From positions 608,001-672,000 of the forward strand of contig CBDCJO010000002.1 of assembly GCA_965217865.1 (NCBI GenBank): 64,000 bases of DNA, read 5' to 3'. Origin of the DNA: Candidatus Latescibacterota bacterium. Lineage in GTDB: Bacteria > Latescibacterota > UBA2968 > SICM01. The first letter of the stretch is position 1; each line of letters begins with the position of its first letter. A model generated the notes under the pieces. That model did no database searches. It was given only the letters and a program-made list of their open reading frames with translations, and was not told the origin of the DNA. Shown one piece after another: positions 42,209 to 51,832 of this stretch. Both the position numbers and the translations under genes were made by a program.

Positions 42209-42922
42209 TCACAGACCGAGGGTTATGATTCCGATCCCGCAGAGGCATAGGGTTCCGCCGGCCAGTGCGTGGCCGTAACGTTCCATCCGCAACAGAGGGA
42301 GGCGCTGAAGGCCGAATGTGGCCAGGAACACGATCCCAAGCATGGTCAGGAGGGTTACGGCTCCGAAAACGGCGGTCACCCAGACCACGACGATCAGGCT
42401 GTTCTGGGCAGCGGGGACCATCAGGATCGGTATCAGGGTCTTACAAGGGCCAAGGACGAAGACGGCGAAGAGGATCCAGGGGGTGATCTGGGATTTGCCA
42501 TTTGAGAGATCGTCGTGTCGATGTTCTGTGTGTGTCGCGTGGGGGTGCGTGTGGAGGGTACCGTCGGGATGCACGTGTTGATGCAGGTGGAACCGGTTCT
42601 TCAAGGCTTTCCTGAATCCCCACGCGGTGTAGACGGCCCCTGCGGCGATCAACACCCAGGCCGACAGCTCTCCCCGAACCGATTCCAGCATCTCCAACCG
42701 GAATATGGCGACGCCGAAGGCAATGCCGATCGCGCCGATCAGGACAGAGCTGAAGACGTGGCCGAGTCCGCAGAGGGCGGTGACGGCGAGGGTCTTGGCT
42801 CTGGACCAGCCCTCGGCCCTGCCCATCGCAAGGAACGGGAGATAGTGGTCGGGGCCCAGTAGGGTGTGGAAGAATCCGAGGGTGGCCGCAGTTGCGGTTA
42901 GAAAGTATATGGAATCGGGCAT
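42209..42922 (-). CDS. Nickel/cobalt transporter-like membrane protein (UreH/RcnA-type)
   Basis: HTLLGPDHYLPF, His-rich loop HLHQHVHPDGTLHTHPH, VLGPC, six hydrophobic segments. Confidence 0.8.
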   Translation of the reverse strand: MPDSIYFLTATAATLGFFHTLLGPDHYLPFLAMGRAEGWSRAKTLAVTALCGLGHVFSSVLIGAIGIAFGVAIFRLEMLESVRGELSAWVLIAAGAVYTAWGFRKALKNRFHLHQHVHPDGTLHTHPHATHTEHRHDDLSNGKSQITPWILFAVFVLGPCKTLIPILMVPAAQNSLIVVVWVTAVFGAVTLLTMLGIVFLATFGLQRLPLLRMERYGHALAGGTLCLCGIGIITLGL

Positions 42923-43089
42923 GAATATTATTGTATTAAAGACTCAGGTGAAAATTTGGGAGCGAACAGCAGGTAGATAAGGATTTTGGAGGGGGGAAGC
43001 AAGAAGGAAATGCAGTAGCAGTGGCAGTAGCAGGAAAGGCAAAGAGAGAGATCGAGAGTCGGAGGTCTGTGGAAATTGAGGTGACGCCT

Positions 43090-43244
43090 CAGCGGGCCAA
43101 CGGCCCGTGATTCCTTGGCCCAGCCCAACGGGCTGGGTTTGAATGTGGGCGAATCCAGCGGGCCAACGGTCCGCGATTCCTTGGCCCAGCCCAACGGGCT
43201 GGGTTTGAATGTGGGCGAATCCAGCGGGCCAACGGTCCGCGATC
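43090..43244. repeat. Tandem 66-bp palindromic REP-like repeat, about 2.3 copies
   Basis: Units start at 43090, 43156 and 43222; each full unit contains the hairpin cccagcccaacgggctggg. Confidence 0.9.
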
Positions 43245-43314
43245 CGGATCAATCAGGATGGCAGACAGGGATTGGGAGATGTGAAATAATCGCGGGCTGA
43301 CCGAAACGAAACCC

Positions 43315-43340
43315 GTAGGGGCGGACCTGTGTGTCCGCCC
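43315..43340. repeat. GTAG-type REP palindrome
   Basis: gtaggggcggacctgtgtgtccgccc. Confidence 0.75.
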
Positions 43341-43842
43341 GTCGATAGGGCATCGGAAAGCCGGGGTTCGTGGATCGTGACTCGTGACTCGGAAAAACCC
43401 GAATCATATCGATTCAGGCCATTGACTGTTTGGTAGTTTGGTAAACTATTCGGATCGATCTACGAATCACGAATCACGAATCACGGATCCCGGTTTTGTA
43501 ATTCTGAACGCGCGTGCAGAATTGGAAATTCCCATATTCGCGAAAAAAATAGCTTAAAATAGGCATTTTTCTTCCTGCTAAAATATTTTTGCATCTACTT
43601 AAGTGGCCAGGTGCGGCCGCCGTCCCTCAAGTGGCTTCACGCTTCACGAGATACGTTTCACGTTCTTTATTGCACCGGCGTATCTATTTTTATATATTTC
43701 TAATTAGATATTTATCGAAATAGTTGTGTGGTGTTTATTAAGTTTGGGAATTAGCAGATTAAGGCTTGACTTTCAGTCCCTTTTTGGTTATATTAAGTGT
43801 AGTTAAAACAACCAACTTAACCAAAAAAAGGGAGAAAGGATA

Positions 43843-44724
43843 ATGAACTTGTTGACGGCGATTGAAAGGTTCCCGACTCAGGAATCATGCATTGAAAGCC
43901 TTGAGCGGGTGCGGTTCGGAAGTGACCCGTTTTGTCCGTTGTGCGGGGCGGTTGGGGAATGTGCCCGAAAGAAAGAGGGAACCATTGTCGGGCGTTGGAA
44001 CTGCCATGCCTGCAAGTCCAGCTTCAACGTTCTTTCGGGGACAATGTTTCAGGGTACGCATCTTCCGCTCCAGAAGTGGTTTATGGCAATCGCCTTGATC
44101 CTCAACGCCAAGAAGAGCCTGTCCAGCTGCCAGCTTGCCCGGGACCTGAACCTTAACCAACGATCGGCATGGTACATGCAACAGCGGATTCGCGCCGAGA
44201 TGGCGACGAGGCAGGGGAAGATATTGTTGCGCGGGATCGTCGAAGCCGACGAGACCTACGTCGGAGGCAAGCCCAGGAAACGCAACAATCGGAAAGGCGG
44301 CGGCAACGCTCCCAGGGGGCGCGGGACCCGCAAGACTCCGGTTATAGGAGCCGTGGAGCGTGGAGGGAAGGTAGTTGCCCGTGTGGCGGACGATCTGTCA
44401 GGCAGGGGAGTTCTGGACTTCATCAAGCAGGCGATAGAGCCCGAAGGGTCGGTGCTTGTCACGGACGAATTCGGGGCTTACAACGCAGTAAGGCAAATCA
44501 TGAGTCACGCCGTGATTCACCATGCCAGGCATTATGCGGACGGTGATATACACACGAACACGATTGAAGGCGTATGGTCCCTGCTAAAGAGAGCGTGGTA
44601 CGGTTCCCATCATCACTACACGAAGCGTTACACGCCGTTCTACGTGGCCGAGGCGTGTTACAAATACAACAACCGGAAGAACAAGCGGACGTTTGATACG
44701 TTCATGAAGGGTTGCTTCGCATAG
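43843..44724 (+). CDS. IS1595-family transposase
   Basis: Zn ribbon CPLC/CHAC; EADETYVGG, VTDE, HTNTIEGVWSLLKR, YKYNNR. Confidence 0.95.
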   Translation: MNLLTAIERFPTQESCIESLERVRFGSDPFCPLCGAVGECARKKEGTIVGRWNCHACKSSFNVLSGTMFQGTHLPLQKWFMAIALILNAKKSLSSCQLARDLNLNQRSAWYMQQRIRAEMATRQGKILLRGIVEADETYVGGKPRKRNNRKGGGNAPRGRGTRKTPVIGAVERGGKVVARVADDLSGRGVLDFIKQAIEPEGSVLVTDEFGAYNAVRQIMSHAVIHHARHYADGDIHTNTIEGVWSLLKRAWYGSHHHYTKRYTPFYVAEACYKYNNRKNKRTFDTFMKGCFA

Positions 44725-44744
44725 TCTTTTTTCGGGAGGTTAAA

Positions 44745-45035
44745 TTATGTGGATACGGAGTTTTTTTCGTCGCCTAACAGGTAGGCCTTCACCGCCTTCT
44801 TCAGCATCCGGGCAAGCTGAGCAGCAACTGGAGGAGATAGGGCAAGATCGATCCTCTCTTCCCCGCGAACACCCTCGATGGCTATCTCCAGAATTAAAAC
44901 TGATCGGGACGTGGCGTGGCGAACCCCCACGCCTGACACAAGAAGAGCTTGATTGGATAGCTTATTCGCGTCCTGACGGGAAACAACGGGAACCTTCTTC
45001 ATAGATCGACGCACTTGCTCATCTGTCAAAGACAT
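44745..45035 (-). CDS. Hypothetical IS passenger protein
   Basis: 96 aa with SD aaagga upstream; lies downstream of the MTase-HNH gene inside the IS. Confidence 0.55.
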   Translation of the reverse strand: MSLTDEQVRRSMKKVPVVSRQDANKLSNQALLVSGVGVRHATSRSVLILEIAIEGVRGEERIDLALSPPVAAQLARMLKKAVKAYLLGDEKNSVST

Positions 45036-45075
45036 AATTCCGTCCTTTCAGTGGGCCAGTTAGAAATCCTACACG

Positions 45076-46332
45076 TTACAGAATGCCATCCGCTTTCAAT
45101 TTGGAGATCAGATATTCATGGGTATTGCTTCCCTTGACACTATTACAGGCTCCGCAGAGCAGTTGCAGGTTTTCTGGATGGTTGGTTCCTCCTTTGATTT
45201 TGGGTACGATATGATCCACCACGAAGTTTCTGAAGTGAAATGTTGAACGGCATCCTTTGCACATTCCTTCCTGTTTGCCGAACAGGACATGCCTATGTGT
45301 ACGGTAGTTGGGAAGCTTGCCTACGTCCGTTCTTTTCGGGACGTCGGTTCGCTTGACAGGCGTGAAGTCGCTGAACAGGTCGAATTGCCGAATACGGACC
45401 TGGACTAGATCAACCGCCTTCTCCGATATGTCTATACCTACCCATTGGCGGTGCAGTTTCTCGGCAGCAACGCAGGCGGTGGCGCAGCCCGCGAATGGGT
45501 CCAGGACCACATCGCCTTCGTTCGACGAAGCCTTGATGATGCGTTCAAGCAACGCTAATGGCTTCTGGGTTGGGTAGCCGACACGCTCAGCATCCGAGTT
45601 GTTGATTTTCGGGATGTCCCAAACATCGTCAAGTGGAACGCCATAGGTCATAGCGTCATCAAGATAGCGCCGAACCCGTTCGCCACTGCCAGCATCAGAA
45701 AGGACATACTCCCTACCTCCTGAATCTAGGTGTACCTTTTGCTTGCGACGCGCCACGTACTCTTTTTTGTTGTTCCAGGGCCGTACTGGATAGTGAAACG
45801 TAGTATGAGAACTCATGCCGTAGAACAGGATCGTATCGTGGCGCTTCTCTAGGTGGCGCTTCATCCGCTTATTCCACCCGCTATAGTGCCAAACAATCTC
45901 ATTCCGAACGCTTCTTTGTCCGAACACCGCGTCCATGAGCAGCTTCAGGTAATGGCTCGCTGTCTGGTCACAATGTAGATAAATTGAGCCTGTGTCCTTC
46001 AACAATCGCTTCATTTCAAGCAGCCTTACGGCCATCATTATGAGATATGACTTCATGCCTTTCCCGTGCGCCAATCCTGCCGCATCTATAATCGAATATA
46101 AGGCCGGGTGTTTGTCGGCGATAATACCCATCCAAGCAACATCCAAGTCGGACAACGACCATGAATCCTTGAAAACCGCTCCTGCCGCTTCAGATCCAAT
46201 AGGCGCGGCGTAGGTGCGGTTGCTGTTGAACGGCGGATCAAGGTAGATCAGATCGACGCTTTCGGAATTCATACCACGCATGATGTCCAGGTTGTCACCC
46301 GTCCACATCGTGCGGTTCTTGAAGTTGGACAT
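45076..46332 (-). CDS. N6/N4 DNA methyltransferase (beta class) fused to a C-terminal HNH endonuclease
   Basis: GDNL, LIYLDPPF, GSIYLHCD, YPTQKP, VLDPFAGCAT, WVGIDIS; C-terminal CKGC...VDHIVPKIKGGTNHPENLQLLCGACNSVK. Confidence 0.92.
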   Translation of the reverse strand: MSNFKNRTMWTGDNLDIMRGMNSESVDLIYLDPPFNSNRTYAAPIGSEAAGAVFKDSWSLSDLDVAWMGIIADKHPALYSIIDAAGLAHGKGMKSYLIMMAVRLLEMKRLLKDTGSIYLHCDQTASHYLKLLMDAVFGQRSVRNEIVWHYSGWNKRMKRHLEKRHDTILFYGMSSHTTFHYPVRPWNNKKEYVARRKQKVHLDSGGREYVLSDAGSGERVRRYLDDAMTYGVPLDDVWDIPKINNSDAERVGYPTQKPLALLERIIKASSNEGDVVLDPFAGCATACVAAEKLHRQWVGIDISEKAVDLVQVRIRQFDLFSDFTPVKRTDVPKRTDVGKLPNYRTHRHVLFGKQEGMCKGCRSTFHFRNFVVDHIVPKIKGGTNHPENLQLLCGACNSVKGSNTHEYLISKLKADGIL

Positions 46333-46430
46333 GGTATGAAGTTACTCAGTTTGGTTTGTAAAGTCAAGCCTTAATCTGCTAATTGCGTTAAGTTTAGACT
46401 CTTATCCTTTTCAGATCAGAGGAGGCGTTC

Positions 46431-46502
46431 GTGGCACAGGAGGAATTTAATTTTCTGCTTCGTTTTTTCAAGGCCCTGGGGAACGAAAGCCGGCTTAAGA
46501 TT
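46431..46502 (+). pseudogene. ArsR-type HTH gene start interrupted by an IS1595
   Basis: SD gaggagg, then (V)AQEEFNFLLRFFKALGNESRLK, then the IS left end. Confidence 0.55.
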
Positions 46503-46950
46503 GGGAATTATATATTATTTTACCCTTGACATGCCGCCTGAAATTGCTTATATTTATATGTAAATAAAGGAGGTTATGTTATGGGAAAAGGGCCTGGAAA
46601 GTATTACAGGAAGGGGATTTCGTTATTGGACCTGACAAAACGTTTTCCGAACGACGGCATGGCGGAAGATTGGTTCGTTCGAATCCGTTGGCCTAATGGT
46701 GTTCGATGTCCGGCATGCAAGTCCAGCGACGTTCAATCACGTCCAAAAAGAAAGCCTCAACCTTACCGATGCCGGAAATGCCGCAAGGATTTCTCCATGA
46801 AAACGGGAACGTTGATGCAAGGATCAAATCTCGGGTATCAGAAATGGGCCATAGAAATTTATCTTTTTGCAACTGGAATGAAGGGTACGTCAAGCATGAA
46901 GTTGCATCGGGATCTCGGAATAACACAGAAAAGCGCATGGTACCTGGCTG
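46503..46950 (+). mobile_element. Second, truncated IS1595-family element (left end plus transposase N-terminus from 46581)
   Basis: Begins gggaatta; promoter TTGACA-17-TATATT; RWPNGVRCPAC, YRCRKC, SSMKLHRDLGITQKSAW; no DDE domain. Confidence 0.85.
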
Positions 46951-47351
46951 TTTTCGTTCCGGCGCTTATCATCAACAGAACCGTTCCTGCGACAAGCATA
47001 AGCCATCCCCATTCAAGATTGATAAACAACCAGATGAAAAGACCGATTGATGTTCCACTAGTTATCCATAATGTAACCAGAAAGATTGAAATAACAGCCA
47101 GGATTAGGACGACACCCCATCTTCTTCACCATTAATCGATCCAAGCAATTCAAGTAAATGTTGTTTCGACATTCTCATATTTCTCCCCTCCGCATGACCA
47201 ATGAACTCATTCAAAATAAGGAGATTGCGTGAACAAAATCGAAAATAAAGGAAACATCGGTCGAGGAAAGACTAAAACTGGACGAAAACTAACACCTAAA
47301 AACCTCGCCCATGCCATTATCAATACTCCACCCCCAAAAAAGCGACAGCGT

Positions 47352-47561
47352 TCATGACAGTTTGGGGGGTAAAGAGGCAGTAGGGCCTTGTGATGGAAAT
47401 ATCTCAAGCTCCAGGTGCTCGAAGAAAAACTTGGATTGCCAATAGATAAAGTATGGCAACAGAATACCAAACGTGCAAATCGTGAGAACTATCAACCCTA
47501 ATGACATGCAGAAGAATTCTCCAAAACTCCCCTTGAATACAACTCGACCAATGGAGTGCAT
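47352..47561 (-). CDS. Small membrane protein (DUF898/YjgN-like)
   Basis: FKGSFGEFF...LTICTFGILLPYF. Confidence 0.55.
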   Translation of the reverse strand: MHSIGRVVFKGSFGEFFCMSLGLIVLTICTFGILLPYFIYWQSKFFFEHLELEIFPSQGPTASLPPKLS

Positions 47562-47831
47562 ACTGGCATCCCTCCCTGTGGGGGTGACGTGACCTCCTTT
47601 GACACCCTAAGATGGGGATGCCGGGCCATGTCACCATCACGCAAGAGAAATGCGGGAAAGTTCTACCTATTCGCCTGGATACGGGGAATGACCCCATACC
47701 GGGTAAAAAACGGCTATTGTATTCAGCAGAGGACCCGACATGGCGGGCTCTTGCATATATGATGGTGACAAGGGTAAGATACTACAATGGATATGCGCTG
47801 CCAAGGGTAAAATAATATATAATTCCCTTTC

Positions 47832-48476
47832 CTATATATCCGAAAACAGATCCCCCAGGTGTGTCGCGTCACCCACACGACGTAAGACGGCATATTGCGG
47901 CGCACCGCCTTCGACCCGCCCCCTGGGCCAGAACTCGAACTCCGTGATGGATCCGTTGGGCATCGACTCGAACTCGTGCATCCATGGCATGTTATGGGGA
48001 ATTCCCACGGCCCACCTGATCGCCGCATCGATTGACCCCGCGTGAGAGACCACGGCCACCCGTTGTCCGGAATGCTTGTCGACAACCCCGTCATAGAAAT
48101 CTGCGATTCGTGCCGAGAACTCTTGGAGCGTCACACCGTCCACCCCTCCGTGTTCAGGCTTCCAGAACTGAAGATGGGGTTGTTCATGAAGCGTGTCGAG
48201 TGATGTCGTGCCGAGTTCAAACTCTTCAAGCCGGGAATCTGAGATCGGCTCGAGACCCAGCTTCTCGCAAATATACCCGGCCGTTTGCGCCGCTCGGGGG
48301 AGAGAACTCGTGTAGACCACATCGGGCGGAACATCCACAGCGAAGTGCGCTACGAGCGCCTCGGCCTGTCGACGGCCGAGCTCGCTGAGAGGCGTCATAA
48401 GCCCAATTTCTGAACTGCCCGGCGACCGGGCCTGGCCGTGCCGGATAAGAATCAATATGGTTGACGAAAATTTCAT
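47832..48476 (-). CDS. Histidine phosphatase family protein
   Basis: LIRHGQ, SSLPRAAQTA, RLEEF, VSHAG. Confidence 0.9.
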   Translation of the reverse strand: MKFSSTILILIRHGQARSPGSSEIGLMTPLSELGRRQAEALVAHFAVDVPPDVVYTSSLPRAAQTAGYICEKLGLEPISDSRLEEFELGTTSLDTLHEQPHLQFWKPEHGGVDGVTLQEFSARIADFYDGVVDKHSGQRVAVVSHAGSIDAAIRWAVGIPHNMPWMHEFESMPNGSITEFEFWPRGRVEGGAPQYAVLRRVGDATHLGDLFSDI

Positions 48477-48509
48477 TGCCCCAATATAATGCTTCGTGTC
48501 GTTTACCTG

Positions 48510-49097
48510 TCAAGATTTGATCTCGAACCTGAATCCTCTATCCCATTCCGGTGTCGATTTATTGTATACGATCCTGAAAAGATCAGGAGTCCGTATCGCC
48601 TCCCACTCGTTAAATCCGAACGTAGGATCCAGATGATTCAGGAACAGACCGATAGCGTTTCCGTGAGAACAAGCTAAACCATTCTTTCCCGGGTTTGACT
48701 GGACAAACCTGAGGATGCATTGCTTCATCCGTTCCTGACAGACCCTCCCCGTCTCGCAATTCGGCAGGGCGAAATCGAAATCCGACCAGGCCTTCTTTAA
48801 AGTCTCACACCAGTTATCCAGGTAGAGTTCCGTGAGCTTTCTCTCCCCTAACTCGGGTTCGACAACAATCTGAAGACCCGATCGCTCACAAAAAGGCCGG
48901 ACCGTATCGATTGCCCGGGGATATGGGCTTGAGATCACCCGATCGATCCTGAGTACGGAAAGCTGGTCCTTCAGGGTCGAGGCCTGAACCTTTCCCTCAG
49001 ATGATAGGGGCCATTCTGGTTCAGGGACATCCGGACTAGGTGAGCTTCTGGCGTGGCGAAGCAGGTAAACAACAGTGATGTCCTCGTTTATTCCCAA
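48510..49097 (-). CDS. Histidine phosphatase family protein
   Basis: LLRHA, SSPYPRAIDTV, LGER, SHGN. Confidence 0.88.
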   Translation of the reverse strand: MGINEDITVVYLLRHARSSPSPDVPEPEWPLSSEGKVQASTLKDQLSVLRIDRVISSPYPRAIDTVRPFCERSGLQIVVEPELGERKLTELYLDNWCETLKKAWSDFDFALPNCETGRVCQERMKQCILRFVQSNPGKNGLACSHGNAIGLFLNHLDPTFGFNEWEAIRTPDLFRIVYNKSTPEWDRGFRFEIKS

Positions 49098-49120
49098 ATG
49101 GCAATCCTTTTCGCCTGATG

Positions 49121-50167
49121 CTAATTATCCTCGACCGCATTTTCGACAATGAAGAATTTCCTTTGCTCACAATCGATTCGAGCTGTGATCCCATATGGCA
49201 AAATAAACATTGGATCTGTGTGCCCAAAATCCATCTGCGTCACGATCGGAAGATGATCCAGACCTTCCTCCTCCACAATAACCTTCTGAACTGCATCATC
49301 ATACTTGGGAAATTCACTGTGCGGTATTTGACCTCCTGGTCTTCCAATGATGATACCCGAAAGCCGATTCAGGATTCCCTGAGCAGCGTATACCCGCAGA
49401 GCCCTGATCACGCTTTCGGGCGGTGCTCCCTCCTCCGAGGTTTCGAGAAACAAGATGGCTCCATCCCACTGACTGTGATCAGGCCAGACCGAGGTTCCTC
49501 GAAGCCATTCCATAACCTCCAGGCATCCACCGACCAGATGACCCTCGAAAACGCCGTCGCCCTGCAAGAAATTCCAACCTTCACTCGAATTTAGTCGTCT
49601 TTTTCGGCCCTGGTTTTCGGGATTTTCCCACTTCAGATGTTCAACAGTCCAACCGTCCCGGTTGCTTGGGACCTCACCTATTGGCTTAGGTGAAAACAAA
49701 GTTTGTCTCACTGACTTGACCATGTACGGAAACATCCCCGTGTTTTCGGCGAATCCGGACATAATCGACGGTCCGTAAAAGGAAATAAGACCAGCCTTGA
49801 AGCAGGCCAAATGGGTAACAGTCGTGTCCGAGTACCCGAGAAAAATCTTCGGATTCTCTCTGAAAATATTTAAATCAAGGTGCTTCAGGGTCCGGATGGA
49901 ATCATCCCCCCCTATTGTGGAGATGACAGCCTTGATAGTCGAGTCCGAAAAGGCCTCCATGAGATCGTCAGCGCGTGCCTTAGGGTTCTTGGCAAGCCAA
50001 TCCGGATCCCTCAAAGTGTGAGGCATCTCGACTATTTCAACCGCAAATTCTTCCTGGAGTTGGCGCTTTCCGGCTTCGTACCTGTGTGGGCACGCACCCG
50101 GACCACCCCACGAAAGGGTTACCGTCGCAACCCTGTCTCCTTGATTAAGTTTCGGTGCTTTCAACAT
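49121..50167 (-). CDS. S66 LD-carboxypeptidase / MccF-like peptidase
   Basis: STIGGDDS, FLGYSDTT, GGCLE, FLETSE, DFGHTDP. Confidence 0.92.
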   Translation of the reverse strand: MLKAPKLNQGDRVATVTLSWGGPGACPHRYEAGKRQLQEEFAVEIVEMPHTLRDPDWLAKNPKARADDLMEAFSDSTIKAVISTIGGDDSIRTLKHLDLNIFRENPKIFLGYSDTTVTHLACFKAGLISFYGPSIMSGFAENTGMFPYMVKSVRQTLFSPKPIGEVPSNRDGWTVEHLKWENPENQGRKRRLNSSEGWNFLQGDGVFEGHLVGGCLEVMEWLRGTSVWPDHSQWDGAILFLETSEEGAPPESVIRALRVYAAQGILNRLSGIIIGRPGGQIPHSEFPKYDDAVQKVIVEEEGLDHLPIVTQMDFGHTDPMFILPYGITARIDCEQRKFFIVENAVEDN

Positions 50168-50211
50168 TGCAGTTCTTGCAAGATATCTCTTTTAATAGGA
50201 TTTCGTGGGCT

Positions 50212-51183
50212 TCAATTAAATTTGCCACCCCACAATGCTTCACAAAATGCCTTAGGATTCTGAACCGGATGACGGTTAAGAAAGTCGGCGAGCGTTCCAA
50301 ATTCGTGTAACAGACAGAAAGTCGTGATGCTCTCCATGGTGGGTTTATCCAAGGCCAGGCCATATGATTCGAGAAAGACCCGGGTCAATTTTGGTTCGCC
50401 AAACGTCAGGTCTGCGATTGGGGCTAAGAAATCGTAGTGCGGATGTCCAATCTTCGCATCCCCGAAATCAATCAGCCCATTGATAACCCAGGAATCCGTT
50501 CCCTCAGTCAGCAGAACATGCTCATCGGTGATGTCCGCGTGCAACAGGACCGAAGCATCATCGAGAGGCATGTGATGAGAAAGCCGATCCCGGATCCAGG
50601 ATTTCCAAGGCTCTTCGACAACGTGGTGGTCATCGGCGCGACGAACCCGTTGACGGAAAAAATTTGCCCAATCGTTTCTGAGACCGGAATCAGGGTCTTG
50701 TGTGTGAAGGGTTCGAATCAGGACACCCAGCTGGCGAAGGAGATCGGTTTTTTGTGCAAACTGCAAATTGCCCCAGACCTTGCCTATCGGGTTACCATCC
50801 AGCTCACTCAGCACCAGGTAGTTCCAATTGTCGACCCGCCCATCGGCGAGTATTCTGGGTACGGGCAGGTTTGATGCGGATAAGAGCGACGCACGTTCTG
50901 CACGATAATCTTCCGGCCACAGATTGCAAAAAACTTTGATGATGGCACCATCAACCCGAAAGACAATGTTTGAGCCCTCCAATTCACGTTGAAGTGTTCC
51001 AGCATCAAGATTGTGACGCCTGCAAATCTCTTTCACACCGGGGGTGAACAGAGAGTCATCCCTGGAGACACTACTGAATTCTTCTTCGGTTGTGATATCT
51101 TTGAATAGCAAGATGACCCTCGAATGAAACGTCTCGCGCGTGTAATGTAGTGCGCTCGGGGTAAGAAAGTCTTCTTTGACCAA
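50212..51183 (-). CDS. Aminoglycoside phosphotransferase / choline kinase family protein
   Basis: GSNIVF, IIKVF, LLHADITDEHVL, IDFGDA. Confidence 0.85.
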   Translation of the reverse strand: MVKEDFLTPSALHYTRETFHSRVILLFKDITTEEEFSSVSRDDSLFTPGVKEICRRHNLDAGTLQRELEGSNIVFRVDGAIIKVFCNLWPEDYRAERASLLSASNLPVPRILADGRVDNWNYLVLSELDGNPIGKVWGNLQFAQKTDLLRQLGVLIRTLHTQDPDSGLRNDWANFFRQRVRRADDHHVVEEPWKSWIRDRLSHHMPLDDASVLLHADITDEHVLLTEGTDSWVINGLIDFGDAKIGHPHYDFLAPIADLTFGEPKLTRVFLESYGLALDKPTMESITTFCLLHEFGTLADFLNRHPVQNPKAFCEALWGGKFN

Positions 51184-51213
51184 AAAAATACAGTCAGAGC
51201 GACTCCCTTTCTT

Positions 51214-51492
51214 TCAGTGCCCGCCACTAAGCCACACCATAGCGGTCAGCTTTTTTAGCCTCCTTATGTATGCTTTGTTCGGGTTTTTTTGAGCCGATGG
51301 GTTCTTCATGACATTGAATATCTGCTCCGACAGAACCGAACCGATTGCGTGAATCGCTTCGTGTCGATCAAGACCTTCACGGAGGAGTCTTTCAAGCGTG
51401 ACCTGTTGGACTCGCTCTTGCTCATCCAGAGCCAGCCACTCATCTGGATCAGGGACCTGAAGCGGATCATAGAATTCCATTCTTATCCTCAC
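51214..51492 (-). CDS. Hypothetical protein (DUF1841-like)
   Basis: WLALDEQER...GLDRHEAIHAIGSVL. Confidence 0.5.
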   Translation of the reverse strand: MRIRMEFYDPLQVPDPDEWLALDEQERVQQVTLERLLREGLDRHEAIHAIGSVLSEQIFNVMKNPSAQKNPNKAYIRRLKKLTAMVWLSGGH

Positions 51493-51832
51493 CTTCTTTG
51501 TGTAGAATGCATATGCCCATACTCAAGATGGCACACCGCACTACCTGCCTTAGGTTGCCGAAGTCGCCAGAACCGGGGAGTGCACGTGTTGGTTGCCGTC
51601 GGACAAAGAAAGGTATATATCCTCTTCTGCTTTCCCCTAGTGTCGTGTCCCAGAAGTTCCTTACAAAAGAAAGCCTCCAAAAACGTAGCGGTGGCTGTCA
51701 TTTTGATCGAGAGCGAGCGAAGAACGCACCAACTGTCTGATAGTTCGGGACATAGAGATCCTTCGCTCCGTTCAGGGTTTACAGACCGCTATCCGAGAAA
51801 TTATTGAAGGAATTTCCGGGACACGACACTAG

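Larger units (their letters stand above)
43746..46387. mobile_element. Complete IS1595-family element with passenger genes
   Basis: TIRs gggaattagcagattaaggcttgacttt / aaagtcaagccttaatctgctaattgcg; 8-bp TSD TTAAGTTT at 43738-43745 and 46388-46395. Confidence 0.95.

Noticed and set aside
43090-43244. 66-bp periodic repeat as a mini-CRISPR
   Set aside because: Whole units are near-identical with no unique spacers; it is a palindromic tandem repeat.
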